Source: Pelagomonas calceolata (lineage: Eukaryota). Taken from it: DNA of 64,000 nucleotides. Where the stretch lies: assembly GCA_918797485.1 (NCBI GenBank), contig CAKKNE010000004.1, positions 434,001 through 498,000 of the forward strand, written 5' to 3'. Position numbers and translations under genes: made by a program. Under the pieces are notes generated by a model. The model was given only the letters and a program-made list of their open reading frames with translations, was not told the origin of the DNA and did no database searches. Shown piece by piece: positions 10,929-22,800 of the stretch. How positions within the stretch are numbered: position 1 is the stretch's first letter; each line of letters begins with the position of its first letter.

Positions 10929-11950
10929 GCCACATGTGTCACGAAACCAGATCGAAGTACGGCGAGCGTCTCATGCGCGGCTGTTCGTGCACCGGGACCA
11001 CTGGACTTGCGCATCTAACTTGCGTCATGACTCAAGCAACACTCGGGACAGCGTCGACCTGGGTCAAAGCGTCGAACGAGCCCGACGGGTGGACGCAGTG
11101 GAACACGTGTCGGCTGTGCGGACAGGAATACCACGGGACAGTCCGTTGCGCGCTCGGGTGGCAGTGCTGGTTCATCAACTCCGCTCGAAAGGCAGGTGAT
11201 GAGTACCTTTACAGGGCGATGCTCGAGCTCGGGATTGGTCTGGTCGCCGCTTCTCGACACGAAGAGGCGTTCGGCGTGCTCGAGACGCTCCTGAGCCAGC
11301 TTCCGTTCCGCAAATTCCACGAAACCATCCACCCAAGGTTGTCCTGCGAAGCGGTTATGTACTTGGCCACGGTCTGCAACAAACTCGGCTGGGAAAGTTC
11401 GATGGTCAATGTTAATAAATTAAGGGCTAACTTCCTCTCGCTCGTGCCCGGTAGACCTCGATTGAGCGGGCTGAACATGCTGCGAGTTATTATTGGCAAA
11501 GTATTCATTAATTTGGGCGAGGATGACGAGCTCAGACACCGATGCGCGCTCGAGCTCGGAGTCTGTATGGTCGATCAAAATTTAGTGGCCGAGGCCTCGA
11601 GGTTCCTCGGCAAGGCGGGTCATGCGACGGTGCGGGCTCTCGGAGAAGAGCACGCCATATGTATCGAGATGCACTGGCGAATTGCGCAATCTATCTACAA
11701 ACGACATTTCTTTGGCGGCAATGATTACCGAGACCTGTTGATGGCATCCATCAAAGGACACACGGCTGTCCTCGATCAGTCTACAAAGGCCCACGGCGTT
11801 GAACACCCAACGACGCTCGCGATCCGCGCGTCGCTGAAACTATGCTTCGAAGAGCAGCTGGACTGGACGCTCGACGACATTCCGCGGCGCGTTTTTGAGG
11901 CGCTCGACGAGATCCCGCGACCGCCCGGGCATAAAGTCTTTTGGAGGTAA
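10929..11950 (+). CDS. RING-variant-like zinc finger plus TPR-like helical protein, 5' end apparently truncated
   Basis: LMRGCSC.GT.GLAHL.C ... CRLCGQEYHG..CALGW.CW; the second block matches CSLCGQNYHG..CALGWACW in 52374-53150. Confidence 0.6.
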
Positions 11951-12186
11951 TCCGCTCCCTAGTGTCTTACAGACCGCTAGCTCCGCTTGCTCTTTTTTGG
12001 CGTGCGTGGGAGCAAGGCCTTTCCGCAGGCCAAGGGAAGCCGTGGTACGCATTGATTCGCTGCGCACGTAATCCAGAAGCCAGCGCTCCCGTCGGCCGCC
12101 CCGCAGCAGACCCAGCCAGAGCTCAGCTCTCTGCTCTGCGACGCCAGCGCGCGCGGCGCGCCGCCGCGGAGCGCCACAAACCAACC

Positions 12187-14949
12187 ATGGCCCAGGACGG
12201 CCTCTACACGAAATTACACTTGGCCGTCCGAGCGAGGACGCAGCCCGGACAAGTGGTACTAGTAAGCGGTAGCGCGACGTCCGACCGCACGTCGGGCGCC
12301 CTGGAGATGGTCACGAGCCCCGACCAGTACCCCATCTGGCGGACGCCGAAGCCCGTCATCATCGCGCGGGGCGTGCGCCACGACTACCGCTATTCCATCC
12401 GCTCCGCGCATGACGTCGAGGCTGAACCGGGCCACGTGCGAAGCGTCAAGACGAACACGCCGGAGCTCCACAAGGAGGACGACTTCGGCGTGACGCCGCC
12501 GGAACCGCCCGACGTGCCCCTGAAGAAGCCGTCGCCCACACCAGGGGCTTCTAGACTCGTGATCGTTTGTTATCATCTACCAGTTAGAGTGGTAAGAGAC
12601 GCTCAGAACAACTGGACGGCCTCGTGGGGGTCGTCGATCATCGCCAAGTCGCCGTCCGAGTCCATCGCCGATTCTCGCGAGACGTGGTGGGCCGGGACGA
12701 TTCATGGTGGCCTCAACCGGCGCCAGTTGACGGACCAGGACAAGGACGAGATCCGCGCCGTGCTCCTGAAGATGAACTGCATCCCCGTCTTCTCGTCGAA
12801 CAGCGAAGAGGGCTACCTCAACTACTGCAAGAGGATTCTTTGGCCTTCTTTCCATAACGTGACTGTCTTGGACCAGTGCTGCGCGGCCTGGCACGAGCGC
12901 GCGGAGTGGGACCAGGACGCTGGTAGTTCCTGGTCGGCGTACGAGGCGATGAACGGGGATTTCAGAGATATGCTCTTGGACTTTTTACGGGCGGGCGACA
13001 CGGTTTGGGTCCATGACTACTACTTGATGCTCTTGCCTTCTCTGTTGGCGACGTCGGAGCCGTTCCGGGTCGATCGGCACCAGTCGCGGAAAGCTAGGAT
13101 TGTGTTCTTCTTGCATGCGCCCTTCCCGACGTCGCAACTGTTCTGTGCTTTAGCCAATGGTCCGAAACTACTTGAGGGAGTTGTTGGGGCTGATGTAGTA
13201 GGCTTCCATGCGTTTGAACACGCGCGGCATTTCCTGAACGCGTGCACGCGGCTCATGGGTATGGAACGCGCTTCCGTGGCCGGGGGCATCACGGGCGTGC
13301 TCCATCAGGGCCGGACGGTCATGGTGGTTGTTCGTCATGTCTCGGTCGAGACGGACCAGATCGAACAAGCTCTTAGGGATGAAGTGCCTTCGCATGTCCC
13401 TGCTATTGAGGGGTTAATACAGGAGCCCTCGCGGGAGACGCCGAACAATGCCAAGAGGATTGTATTATGTGGCGTGGACCCCTGCCAGCGCCTGAGCGGT
13501 ATCTCGCTCAAACTGTTGGCTTACGAGCGGTTCCTCGCGGAGTATCCTCGGTGGAGGGGTCGAGTAGCGTTGGTGCAGTACTGCCTGTTGGACGGTACGC
13601 GCGTGCAGGACGAAGCTCGCACGTTAGATGAAATCAAAGCGCTTGGGCAGAGATTAAATGCGCAGAACCCCGGTAGCGTCGTATTGATAGAGCGACCTTC
13701 AGGAAGGTTAGGCATGGCGGAACGCTTAGCCCTCTTCCAACGCAGTGATGTGCTCGTCGGCACGGCCATCCGAGAGGGCCACACGTTGTACCCGTCGGAA
13801 TACGCCCTCGCACGAGCTCTGAAGGGACGACCGGGCGTCATACTGGCCTCGGAATTCTCCGCAACTTCCACACTCATGTCCGGGGCCGTGAACGTGAACC
13901 CGTTTGATGTTCCCAGTGTAGCGGCAGCGTTGGATACGGCTCTCAGCATGGATGCGGTTGAAAAAAGAGACAGGTTGGATCGCGACCTGCCATACGTGAA
14001 AAGTCGTCCGAGTGGCCGGTGGACGCAGGAGATCCTGGAAGACATGGAGACGGTCCATCGCCAGGTTGCGGTGGATGAGGACGCGTCCTTGGCCATCGCG
14101 CAGCGACTGGAGATCGGTCGGCTGGCCGATGCTTTTTCCAGATCTTCCAGAAGGTTTTTGTTCTTGGATTTAGGTGGGACGCTCATACCGAAGGGCGACA
14201 GTGTCAGCAAGGTGCTCAAAAGTGCCACGAAGGGCGCGCTGTTGCGGCCCGGGGTGAGGCGCGCGTTGCAGGCTCTGTCGGAGGATCCGCAGACGACTGT
14301 TTACGTTGTAAGTGGTACGACGCCCTCCGCCCTAGAAAGTTTATTTTCTGATCTACCACAACTATCCTTAGCGGCTGCCAATGGCCTAGCGACGTCCTTA
14401 CCATCTCAACGACCGCAGACGACGATGACGAGTTACGGCACCGACTGGGACGCGGTGCGCAAAGCGGCCCTGCCGCTCATGAAGCGGCGCGCGGCCTGGA
14501 CGAACGGTTCCGCCGTGTTGAAGCGGGAACCGGGCTTAGCTTGGAGTTATTACAGGGCGGACCCCGAATGGGGGCGGATCCAAGCCTTGCAGTTGGCCCA
14601 AGACCTCGAAAGTATCCTGGCACCGTTCGATGTCGCAGTAGCTCATAGGGAGGGCATGCTCGAGATCGTGCCCCAGGCCATGCACAAGGGCCACGTCGTC
14701 AAAAAAGCTTTATCTGAAGCTTTGAGTCGAGGGGAACCGCCGGACTTCGTCCTTTGTGTGGGCGATTCGTTGTCCGACGAGAAGATGTTCTCGTCGGTCT
14801 ATTCGTACTTGGCGGACGCGCCGCGTGCGCCCTTGGATCGAGCGTTTACGGTTGCGGTGGGGCGGAAGGCGTCGCGAGCTCTCTTCTATTTGGACGACGA
14901 CGCGCACGTCGGCGACGCACTCGCTGCGCTCGCGGGGCGCGCGGCGTAA
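12187..14949 (+). CDS. TPS: Trehalose-6-phosphate synthase/phosphatase with N-terminal CBM20-like domain
   Basis: YCKRILWPSFH, VWVHDYYLMLLP, FFLHAPFP, GADVVGFH, LASEF and VNPFD, then a HAD TPP domain (FLDLGGTL, LCVGDSLSDEKMF). Confidence 0.92.
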   Translation: MAQDGLYTKLHLAVRARTQPGQVVLVSGSATSDRTSGALEMVTSPDQYPIWRTPKPVIIARGVRHDYRYSIRSAHDVEAEPGHVRSVKTNTPELHKEDDFGVTPPEPPDVPLKKPSPTPGASRLVIVCYHLPVRVVRDAQNNWTASWGSSIIAKSPSESIADSRETWWAGTIHGGLNRRQLTDQDKDEIRAVLLKMNCIPVFSSNSEEGYLNYCKRILWPSFHNVTVLDQCCAAWHERAEWDQDAGSSWSAYEAMNGDFRDMLLDFLRAGDTVWVHDYYLMLLPSLLATSEPFRVDRHQSRKARIVFFLHAPFPTSQLFCALANGPKLLEGVVGADVVGFHAFEHARHFLNACTRLMGMERASVAGGITGVLHQGRTVMVVVRHVSVETDQIEQALRDEVPSHVPAIEGLIQEPSRETPNNAKRIVLCGVDPCQRLSGISLKLLAYERFLAEYPRWRGRVALVQYCLLDGTRVQDEARTLDEIKALGQRLNAQNPGSVVLIERPSGRLGMAERLALFQRSDVLVGTAIREGHTLYPSEYALARALKGRPGVILASEFSATSTLMSGAVNVNPFDVPSVAAALDTALSMDAVEKRDRLDRDLPYVKSRPSGRWTQEILEDMETVHRQVAVDEDASLAIAQRLEIGRLADAFSRSSRRFLFLDLGGTLIPKGDSVSKVLKSATKGALLRPGVRRALQALSEDPQTTVYVVSGTTPSALESLFSDLPQLSLAAANGLATSLPSQRPQTTMTSYGTDWDAVRKAALPLMKRRAAWTNGSAVLKREPGLAWSYYRADPEWGRIQALQLAQDLESILAPFDVAVAHREGMLEIVPQAMHKGHVVKKALSEALSRGEPPDFVLCVGDSLSDEKMFSSVYSYLADAPRAPLDRAFTVAVGRKASRALFYLDDDAHVGDALAALAGRAA

Positions 14950-15031
14950 GGCTCATCACATGCTAGGTTCGAGGTAGACTAATGGTTAAGTGGGCCCGCG
15001 GCTTTGTGCCGCCCGGGCCGATGGAGAGAAT

Positions 15032-15808
15032 TCAGCACCCCGTCGCGGTCAGCGTCGCTCGCAAAGTTTGAGGAGCAAATCTAGGTAAAGTCGACGCCGA
15101 CTTCAAAACGACGGACAGCCCGTGGACGCCGTCCGGCAGACTCCCGAAGTCCACCGCAACTCGCTGGTCCGCGCTCCGCACCTCCAGCTGCCTCTGCGCA
15201 AACAGTCTCGATTCCACATAAACGTCCGCCGTGATGAGCGTGCCCAGAGCGGCGTTAACTAACCAGGGATCCAGGCGCCACGAGACCGTCGACGCGCCCT
15301 TGCCGACGACGTGTCGTTCCGGCGTCGGCGGCGTCGTTTGCAGCGGTAAAGCTTTCAAGGCCTCGGCGCGCGCGTCCAACAAAGCGTGCGTGAGGTGATA
15401 CACTGGTGCCGGTACAGGAGCCGGCGGCTGCGACAGGTCCGGTTCCGCCGAGTAGTCTGTGACAGACAGGTCGACGACCGCCAGCGGTTCGGGGGTGGCG
15501 GGGCTCCCCTGCAGGGCCAAGGCGCAGGCCAGCGCGACGACCGCACATGCCACCGCATTGCGCTTCGGTCTCTGCAAGGAAGGTAAACGGATGCGCGGCG
15601 GACTCGGCGGCAGCGCCTCCGACGATCGGTCGTCGACCCAGTCCGTCAGCGGCCCCCTTCGTAAGGAGGGGAGGCCGGGCGGCGTGGCCACTTCGCCATC
15701 CAAGCGTCTCGGGCTGCGTGAGGGCGTCACGGGCGGGCTGCGGTAGTTGTTGGTCAGCGTGGTGCGCAGGGGGCTGATGGGGCCCAGCGAGGCCGTCTTG
15801 CCGACCAT
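15032..15808 (-). CDS. Hypothetical protein with one hydrophobic segment
   Basis: 258-aa ATG ORF with Ser/Pro-rich N-terminus and AVACAVVALACALAL; no family recognised. Confidence 0.5.
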   Translation of the reverse strand: MVGKTASLGPISPLRTTLTNNYRSPPVTPSRSPRRLDGEVATPPGLPSLRRGPLTDWVDDRSSEALPPSPPRIRLPSLQRPKRNAVACAVVALACALALQGSPATPEPLAVVDLSVTDYSAEPDLSQPPAPVPAPVYHLTHALLDARAEALKALPLQTTPPTPERHVVGKGASTVSWRLDPWLVNAALGTLITADVYVESRLFAQRQLEVRSADQRVAVDFGSLPDGVHGLSVVLKSASTLPRFAPQTLRATLTATGC

Positions 15809-16186
15809 GGTTGCTGAGGGGTGCTGGGCGTTGTGTGCGAAGCTGCGTCGGCGGCGTGGGGCTGCCCGGCGCGCGAGCAGTGGCCTGCGTCGAGAAGCAA
15901 ACGGGCTGCCAGGAGTTGTTTTTTAGTGCGGCGCGGACCTCATCAAACGGACGGCCGGAGGGCGTCGAAGCAGGCGACTCCTCGGAGGACCGCCGCGAGG
16001 TTTCGGACACGCGAACCCGCACCCTGGCAATCTCGTTGCGAAGCGCTGTGGGCCTGTGGCCGCCGCAGATCAGTTATTGCTGCCCGAGCGGCACCGCATT
16101 GCTCGAAAGGCATCGCTGCGGCCGCGGCGCGGTGCGCGCGCCCGGCGCTGCCCGGCACGCGGCACCACACCATACCCCTTGTTGCT

Positions 16187-17557
16187 ATGGCGGACCTGGA
16201 TGTCTTCCTCACCGAAGCCCCGGGCAAGAGCCTCTACGCGCTGCTGGGCGTGCCCCACACCAGTACCATCGCAGAGCTCAAGAAGGCCTATCGAAGGTTA
16301 TGCTTGTGGTGCCACCCAGATAAAACCCCGCATCCGCGCGCGGCGGACGCGTTCCTGCTGGTCTGCTCGGCCTTCGAGCTGCTGAGCGATCCTGCGAGGC
16401 GCAAGGCTTACGACGCGTCGCTACGGCCCGCAATACCAAAGCCGGCCTTTGCCAAGCCGCGTGTTTATGAGCCGGCCTTTGCCAGGACCCAAGCCGGCGC
16501 CTTCTCTCCCAACGCCGGCCGCGGCTCGCGCTGGACGGATGAGGCCTGGCGGGACGCGGGGAATTGGCCGTACGACCAGAGGCGACCGGCGGCGTACGAC
16601 GCGGGGAATGATCAGAGGCGGCCGGCGGCACCATCGGAACCCCGCGTGCGGCCGCGGTCCGCGCCGGCGAAGCCGCGGCCCCGGTCCGCCGGCGTCGAAC
16701 AGGCACAGAGGCGATCGCGCGAGCGCGCCGCGGCGGCGCGCGAGCAGCGCGAGGCCATGGAGCGCGAGGCGCAAGCGAGGCGCGAGGAGGCGGAGCGACG
16801 TAGACAGGCGGGCACCGACGAGGCTCAGCGCGCGCGCGAGACGGCGCGGCGCCGCGCGGCCGCGACCGCCCAAAAAAGAGCCGCGGAGGCGCGCAAGAAG
16901 TACGCCGAGGCGTCTGCGAAGACGCGCGTTGACGTCCGGCCGGCGTCCGCGCGGCGGCCCGCAAAAACAAAAACCGAAAACGAAGACACGTGGAAGTCCA
17001 TCATGCGCGACCTCGCGGCGCCGGAGCACTCAAAAAGGCGCGCCCTGGCGCACGCGAAGCTGCGGAAGGAGCTCGACCGCCACAAGGCAGAATGGGACAA
17101 GTTCGAGCGCGACTTTCAGAAATCGGACGCGACGCGGATGCCGCTACCGTCACTCGATCGGGAGCCACCGGTCACAGCACCGGACGTCAACGTGCGTGCG
17201 CCCGCGGACGACGACGTTGATGTAAGAGCCGTCCAAAGAGGAGGGCCCTTCGTCGTGCGCCACCGCACGGAGCCAAAAGACCTCTATGCGTGGGTCTCGC
17301 ACGACGCCATGCGCCTGCAATGGCGCGCTTTAGACATGGGGGCCGCGGACGGGGCGCCGTGCGGGTTTGCCGCGCTCGACGCCGTCGACAGCGTGCGCGT
17401 GCGGCACCGCAAGGGCGTGCCTGTCATTTGTGTGAAGGAACCGGGGCGGAAGCTGTTCCTGGAATTGGCGCCGGAGAGCGACCTCTCCGCGGCGACGTGG
17501 GCTTCTACTTTGACGCATTTGGTGCGGCTCGCGCGGGAGTCGTCGGCGTTTAGCTAG
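16187..17557 (+). CDS. DnaJ (J-domain) protein with coiled coil and possible C-terminal PH-like domain
   Basis: LYALLGV...ELKKAYRRL...HPDK...AFELLSDPARRKAYD. Confidence 0.85.
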   Translation: MADLDVFLTEAPGKSLYALLGVPHTSTIAELKKAYRRLCLWCHPDKTPHPRAADAFLLVCSAFELLSDPARRKAYDASLRPAIPKPAFAKPRVYEPAFARTQAGAFSPNAGRGSRWTDEAWRDAGNWPYDQRRPAAYDAGNDQRRPAAPSEPRVRPRSAPAKPRPRSAGVEQAQRRSRERAAAAREQREAMEREAQARREEAERRRQAGTDEAQRARETARRRAAATAQKRAAEARKKYAEASAKTRVDVRPASARRPAKTKTENEDTWKSIMRDLAAPEHSKRRALAHAKLRKELDRHKAEWDKFERDFQKSDATRMPLPSLDREPPVTAPDVNVRAPADDDVDVRAVQRGGPFVVRHRTEPKDLYAWVSHDAMRLQWRALDMGAADGAPCGFAALDAVDSVRVRHRKGVPVICVKEPGRKLFLELAPESDLSAATWASTLTHLVRLARESSAFS

Positions 17558-17581
17558 TGGGTAAAATTTAGGCCGTATGTA

Positions 17582-17857
17582 TCAGAGCACGTCCGTCGCG
17601 GCGGCTTGGGACTGCCTCCGCCGCGGCGACGTCAACGGCGCCGTCGGCGCGTCCACGGCGTCCCGCGCGTCGTCCTCCGGCACGAGCGCCACCGGCAGGG
17701 TCACGGACGTCGCCGCGTCCCGCCGCCGCCGCTGCTCTGCGAGCCAGTGCCGCCGCCGCCGCGCGAAGACGCAGAGCTCGCAGAGCGCGCCCGCGACGGC
17801 GAGGCCGCAACAGACCCCAAGGATAATTAAAGCATCTTGTTCCAATTTCGTCATCAC
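17582..17857 (-). CDS. Small single-pass membrane protein
   Basis: 91 aa; ALIILGVCCGLAVAGALCELCVF followed by RRRR. Confidence 0.4.
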   Translation of the reverse strand: MMTKLEQDALIILGVCCGLAVAGALCELCVFARRRRHWLAEQRRRRDAATSVTLPVALVPEDDARDAVDAPTAPLTSPRRRQSQAAATDVL

Positions 17858-18295
17858 TACGACGCCACCGAGCCGACGGACGACGGCGCGTCGACCGCGC
17901 CGGACGCCTGAGATTAGGCTGTGTGTTGAGCACTCTCAAAATCAATGGAGATTACAAGTATCTACTGAGGGTGCGGTCGCTGCTGGCGCGCGACCGCGCG
18001 AAGATGGCGCTCAAAACGCCCGAGGCGATCGCACGCCTTTTTGGCGGCACCGGCTGGGCACCCCGATGTCTGATGACGCGCCGGGACCGCCCGCGGCCGG
18101 AATACTTCGCGGGCGTCCCCGACCCGATCTTCTGGAAGGTCATGGAGTACTGGCGGCTCGGCGACTGGCGGCGGCCCTACCAGTCGCCGCTGCCCTTCCA
18201 CGACGGGCCGCCACGCTACCGTGGTCCTGGCGGTACCCTGTTTCGCGGCGACTAGCAGCGAATTGAGCTAACTTGAAGAATAAAACATGTGACTA

Positions 18296-19528
18296 CTAAC
18301 TCCCCCGTCGACCGGGCCGCCGCAACAAAGACATCTCCCACAGCCGCAGCGAGTCCCAGGACCCGTTGCCCGGGAGGACGGCCTCCCCAAAAAGCCGCGC
18401 CTCGTCGCGGCCGCCGTCGACGACGTCGCGGTTTTCATCAAAAAAGGATGAGAGCGGCACGGACCGCGCCGCGAAGCCCGCCCGCTTCGCCTCGGCCAGG
18501 ACCTTGGCCTCGAGGCCGGCGACGCGGTCCTCGTAGGCCACGATCAATCTACCATGAGACGCGAGGAGCTTCGCCGCGCAGGCATAAAACGCGCCCAGAT
18601 CTCGAGCTTGAAATAATACATCAGACGCCAAAATTGTCGAGAAGGTCCCGTGCAGCCGCAATACCGCCTCCACATCACCAAGCGAGTGCCAATCGAGCGC
18701 GTGGACGTGGCCGCACGACGCGTTGAGGGCGGTGTTGTGCCTTAATAGTTTGAGTGTGGTCACGTCGTGGTCCGTCAGCACTATCCTCTCACATTTTCGG
18801 GCCCGCTGCGCGTAGAGCCCGCAGAGGCCCGCGCCAGCGCCCAGCTCCAGGACGCGCTCGCCCGCCAGATTTATAGAATCGAGGTACTGCACGAGGACGT
18901 TGGATGCGGGCCACAGTCTGGTACCCATGGCCCTTCCTAATTCCGCGACGGCGTCGGCGTCGCCCGCGCGCGCGCAGAACTCCAGGGAGGCGCCGTCTAT
19001 GGTAACATCGCGGCGCGGCACCTCCACCAACGTCGCGTCGACGGCGTAGGTTCCGAGAGATGCGTCGACGGCGGCGGGTTTGGGAGGCGGCAGGGGAGGC
19101 AGCGCCTTGCGCGGCTTTTTGGGCGGTGGCGTGGCCGGAGGTGTGCGCGGCGGCGGCGTCGCCGGGCGGGGCGGCGTCGCCGGCGCGGGCGGCTTCCGCC
19201 GGCGCCGCCGCCGTTGGAACGCGAGGTCCTTCTTACGCTTTTCAGCGTCGCGGGCCCGCTGCACGTCCGCGAACGTGGCCCGCGCGCGCACCGGCGCCCA
19301 GAGCTTCTGCAAGCCCGCCGCTCGTCTAGCCGCCCGTACAGCAGCGACGGCGGCGGGAGTCGTCGGTCGCTGGAAGCGCTGGAGCGGCGGAATGGCAGCC
19401 TTGCCGCTCCGCAGGGGAGGCAGCCGCGCCGAGTCGCGCGCACGCGGGGGCAGCCAGAGGTCGGGAAGAGCTGGAGACGGGCAGCCCGCGGGCGTGTAGC
19501 AGATGCCGGCACTTAATGAAGCGATCAT
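18296..19528 (-). CDS. METTL21/Methyltransf_16-family protein lysine methyltransferase
   Basis: GTRLWPAS, VLELGAGAGLCG, VLTD, LDW and ILASDVLF. Confidence 0.85.
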   Translation of the reverse strand: MIASLSAGICYTPAGCPSPALPDLWLPPRARDSARLPPLRSGKAAIPPLQRFQRPTTPAAVAAVRAARRAAGLQKLWAPVRARATFADVQRARDAEKRKKDLAFQRRRRRRKPPAPATPPRPATPPPRTPPATPPPKKPRKALPPLPPPKPAAVDASLGTYAVDATLVEVPRRDVTIDGASLEFCARAGDADAVAELGRAMGTRLWPASNVLVQYLDSINLAGERVLELGAGAGLCGLYAQRARKCERIVLTDHDVTTLKLLRHNTALNASCGHVHALDWHSLGDVEAVLRLHGTFSTILASDVLFQARDLGAFYACAAKLLASHGRLIVAYEDRVAGLEAKVLAEAKRAGFAARSVPLSSFFDENRDVVDGGRDEARLFGEAVLPGNGSWDSLRLWEMSLLRRPGRRGS

Positions 19529-19861
19529 CGTCGCGTTCCGGCTGCCTACACAAGGCGCTCCATGATGCTCTCCCTACAGCTTGTTGTGGTACGCGAAGGT
19601 GCCCAGCCCGCCTTCCATTCTTCCTCACACAAAGCCTAAACGTGCGAGGAGTCCTGCACTTTCCATGGAAGTAGGTTGAGCTAGTTATAACCCACTAGAT
19701 TTTGTGTACGGCGGAGGCGCCGCGCAGACGAGGCGACATCGCGGAATCACACTGCCCCGGACATCCGCGAGGCTGCCCCGCACTTGTGCTAGCCCTTCGA
19801 GCCCATAGCTACGGCGGCACCAGACGCGCGTGCCGCCCATTCCACAAGTTCGGCAGCGACC

Positions 19862-22800
19862 ATGGAGGCCGGCGCCGCCCTCGACGAGGCCATGGACGCG
19901 CTGGCGCAGAAGAACGAGGACCTGACGGAGGACGTCCAGACGTTTGCGAAGGCCTTGGATGGCTTGGGCGAGCCTCTCGCGGATGCGAAGGCCGAGCGCC
20001 GACGACTGGAGACGATTCGGGCCGAGTACCAGTCCCAACGAGATCATTTACTGCGGAAGATGGCCGCCAACGAATCGTTGCCGAGTGATGTGAAACGGAC
20101 GATTCTGGAAGCTGCCGAGACGGGTGGTCGCATCGTGGACGCCCTCGCTGACGTAGCAGCAACCAGGAGAGCATTAGCGGACGAGAACGACAGGCCCCTG
20201 GGCAAGCCTCTATCACTCGAAGAGGATGTGACAGTGAAGGAGGAGGGGTCCTTTTTTCGGGGGGCGTCTCTGGTGAAAGCACTCGAAATCCCGAACAACG
20301 AGGATTCGGACGTAGCAAAAGCCTGCGCCGTCGTGCTGGATCCCCACCGACCGCCGGCCGTCATGGCGGACGTCGAGTCCGTCATTTCTGCCTTGAAGGC
20401 GAGGACGCCGTCGTGGCGGTCCTGCGTCGCGGCGGCCAACCTGGCAGCCCATCACAACGACGTGTTAGATAGAAGAGCAGAACTAGTACCGGGGTTGCTG
20501 CGGGCCGCCTGCCAGCGCGATGCGTATTATGCGCAAGTGTTCGCCGGCGAAGCTTTAGCGAGGTTGTTCCGACGGGGGGATGCGGCAAGCATCAACACCG
20601 TGGCACCGGGCGCACCTCTCGCGAGGTTATGTAAAGCCGTCGCCGAGAGGTTGATGACGGAGCCTAGAGAAAGGCACGTCGCGTTCTTATCTTTGACCCA
20701 GCCGCAATCCCCATGTGCATGGCGCATGTTCGCGGCTCGTTTGGCAAGAGCGTTAGTTGGTGGGCAAAGAGCGCAAAAACTGGTGCGGGAGGCGGCGTTG
20801 CCTTTGGTGCGAGCTTGCGCGGCGAACTGCGGACCTCTTCGTGCAGATGCGTCTGATGACGATCATGGGAGGTGTTTCCTGCCGCACTGCGCCGCGGCGG
20901 TCGATGTCCTTGCGAGGACGCATGGGTCGTTATTCTTAGAAAGATATGAAGACAGGTCGTTGCTTGGTCTAGTGGCGGTCGCGGCGGCGCCGAATCTCGG
21001 GAGTCCGGACGCTCGCACCGCCGTTGATGTTGCTCTACAACTCAGAGACAGAGGGGAAGCGCGAGCCAAGGGCCCGGAATGGTCGCGGTTTCGCGATTTA
21101 GCGAAGGAGTTCATCGGGCGGAGTCCGAGGCACGCGCGCGGCGTCGACCGAGGGGTGGTTGTGGGCCATTGCCGCGCGGCGCTACCGCACTTGCTGGTGG
21201 CGGCCTGTTCCATCCAAGATAGGGCTTATTTGGATAACGACATCGCGCGATGTGTGGACGCCTTGGCGGCTGATCTGGGCGACGGTCGAGCCGGCGCGGC
21301 TCTGGCGGTGGCCTTGTTAGCGGCACAAACAGACTCTTGGAGTCAACGAGCGGCGCGAGGCTTACTGCCAGCCTGCGGCGATTTGGCGTTGTGTGCCCTG
21401 GAGGGCCTGCGGCACCCGCCGAACGAAGGGCTCCAACAAGCATTAGATGCGATCGGAGACGCGTTATGTGCCTGGTGCGATCGGGAAGACACGCGCGTCG
21501 GCGCCTTAGCGGCCGTAGCGAGGTTGATTCGCCACGTGCCCCACGTCATCACGGCCACGTCACCCCATTTGGTCTGTTGGCGGCGGTGCGCGGAAGCCGC
21601 GGAAAGAGCCACTAAAGCATTATCACAGGAGGACGCGAACTTATGCAGAGACCTAGCCGCTTTATGGGTCGCGTCCGATGCTTCTAGATGTAATCAACAA
21701 GATGATGAAAAAGCAGCCAGAGCGTGTGAAAGACTCGCGGACCGGGCGGTCGAGGGCGCCGGGACACCTTCCGCCAGAGTATCAGCCAAAGCAGTAGCTG
21801 ACTTAATAGCCCACGGTGGCTTCGATGTATTGACGCGCATCTTAGCTTCTGACAGGGACTATCCGGGAGAACACGAGAAGCACCGAAGGCTGCATCTTGT
21901 TAGGGCCGCGCACGAGGCATTCGCTCCACTCTTATTAGCAGCGCGAGAAACGTTGCTACCCGTCTCCACCCCAGCGAAGGCCATCTCCAAAGAAGACCCG
22001 TTCCGACGCCAGGCCGGCCAGCTCTGCGAGCGCTGGGTCCATTCGCACGACTTCCGGGCCGCGCTGGCCGTGTCGTCCACAGCTCTTGCTGAGGAAACGT
22101 GCCTACTGTTAGACAGGGTCCAAGGCGACAACGAGCATGATCCCCGCTCGCGAGCGACCGCCTCAGGATTGGTACTGATCGATTGTCTGTTTGCAGCTCA
22201 TAAAGCGGTAAGGAAAATAAACGAAGAACAGGAGGACGATAGCGATAGCGACGACGACACGGACGAGGACATGGGCCAGGCCTGGAACCAGGCGGCCCAG
22301 CTCGTGTTGGCGTCGTTGCCTCATTGTTTGGAGTCTGCTTGTGATGCTTGTCCGCTCGGTGCGGCCTTTCACGTGTTGTTTGACCTTGGGCTCGCGGGCC
22401 ATGTTGGGAGTGCTGCTTCGGAGGAAGCGGCGAAAGTCCTGATCAACTTGTTAGGGTCAGAACGACTCGTGGATGACGGGAGGAAGTCGACACGATCAGC
22501 AACTCTACAACCCGACTCCGCACCCATCCTGGCGAGGCATGCCGCTGCTGTAGCTTTGTTGATCTTTGCCGAATCGAGACGAGGCAGGAACGCCTGGTTG
22601 AGAGATGTTTGTCTACATCAAGGTTTACCACCTCTGTTGCAAATTATGGCGCGCGACGCGCCCGAATCTGCCCAGCCGAAGAAGAAGCGCGCGGCCGCTG
22701 CGGCGGAGAACGCTGTCAGAGCTGCTGCGCATTTACTATCGTTGGCGGCTCGAGCGGCGTCGGGGCGGCCCTACCTGCGGAAGGCCCTGGTCGACTTTGA

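Noticed and set aside
10418..11950. Shufflon-type invertible cassette
   Set aside because: The fragments point outward from a shared junction, and no recombinase or flanking inverted sites were seen.
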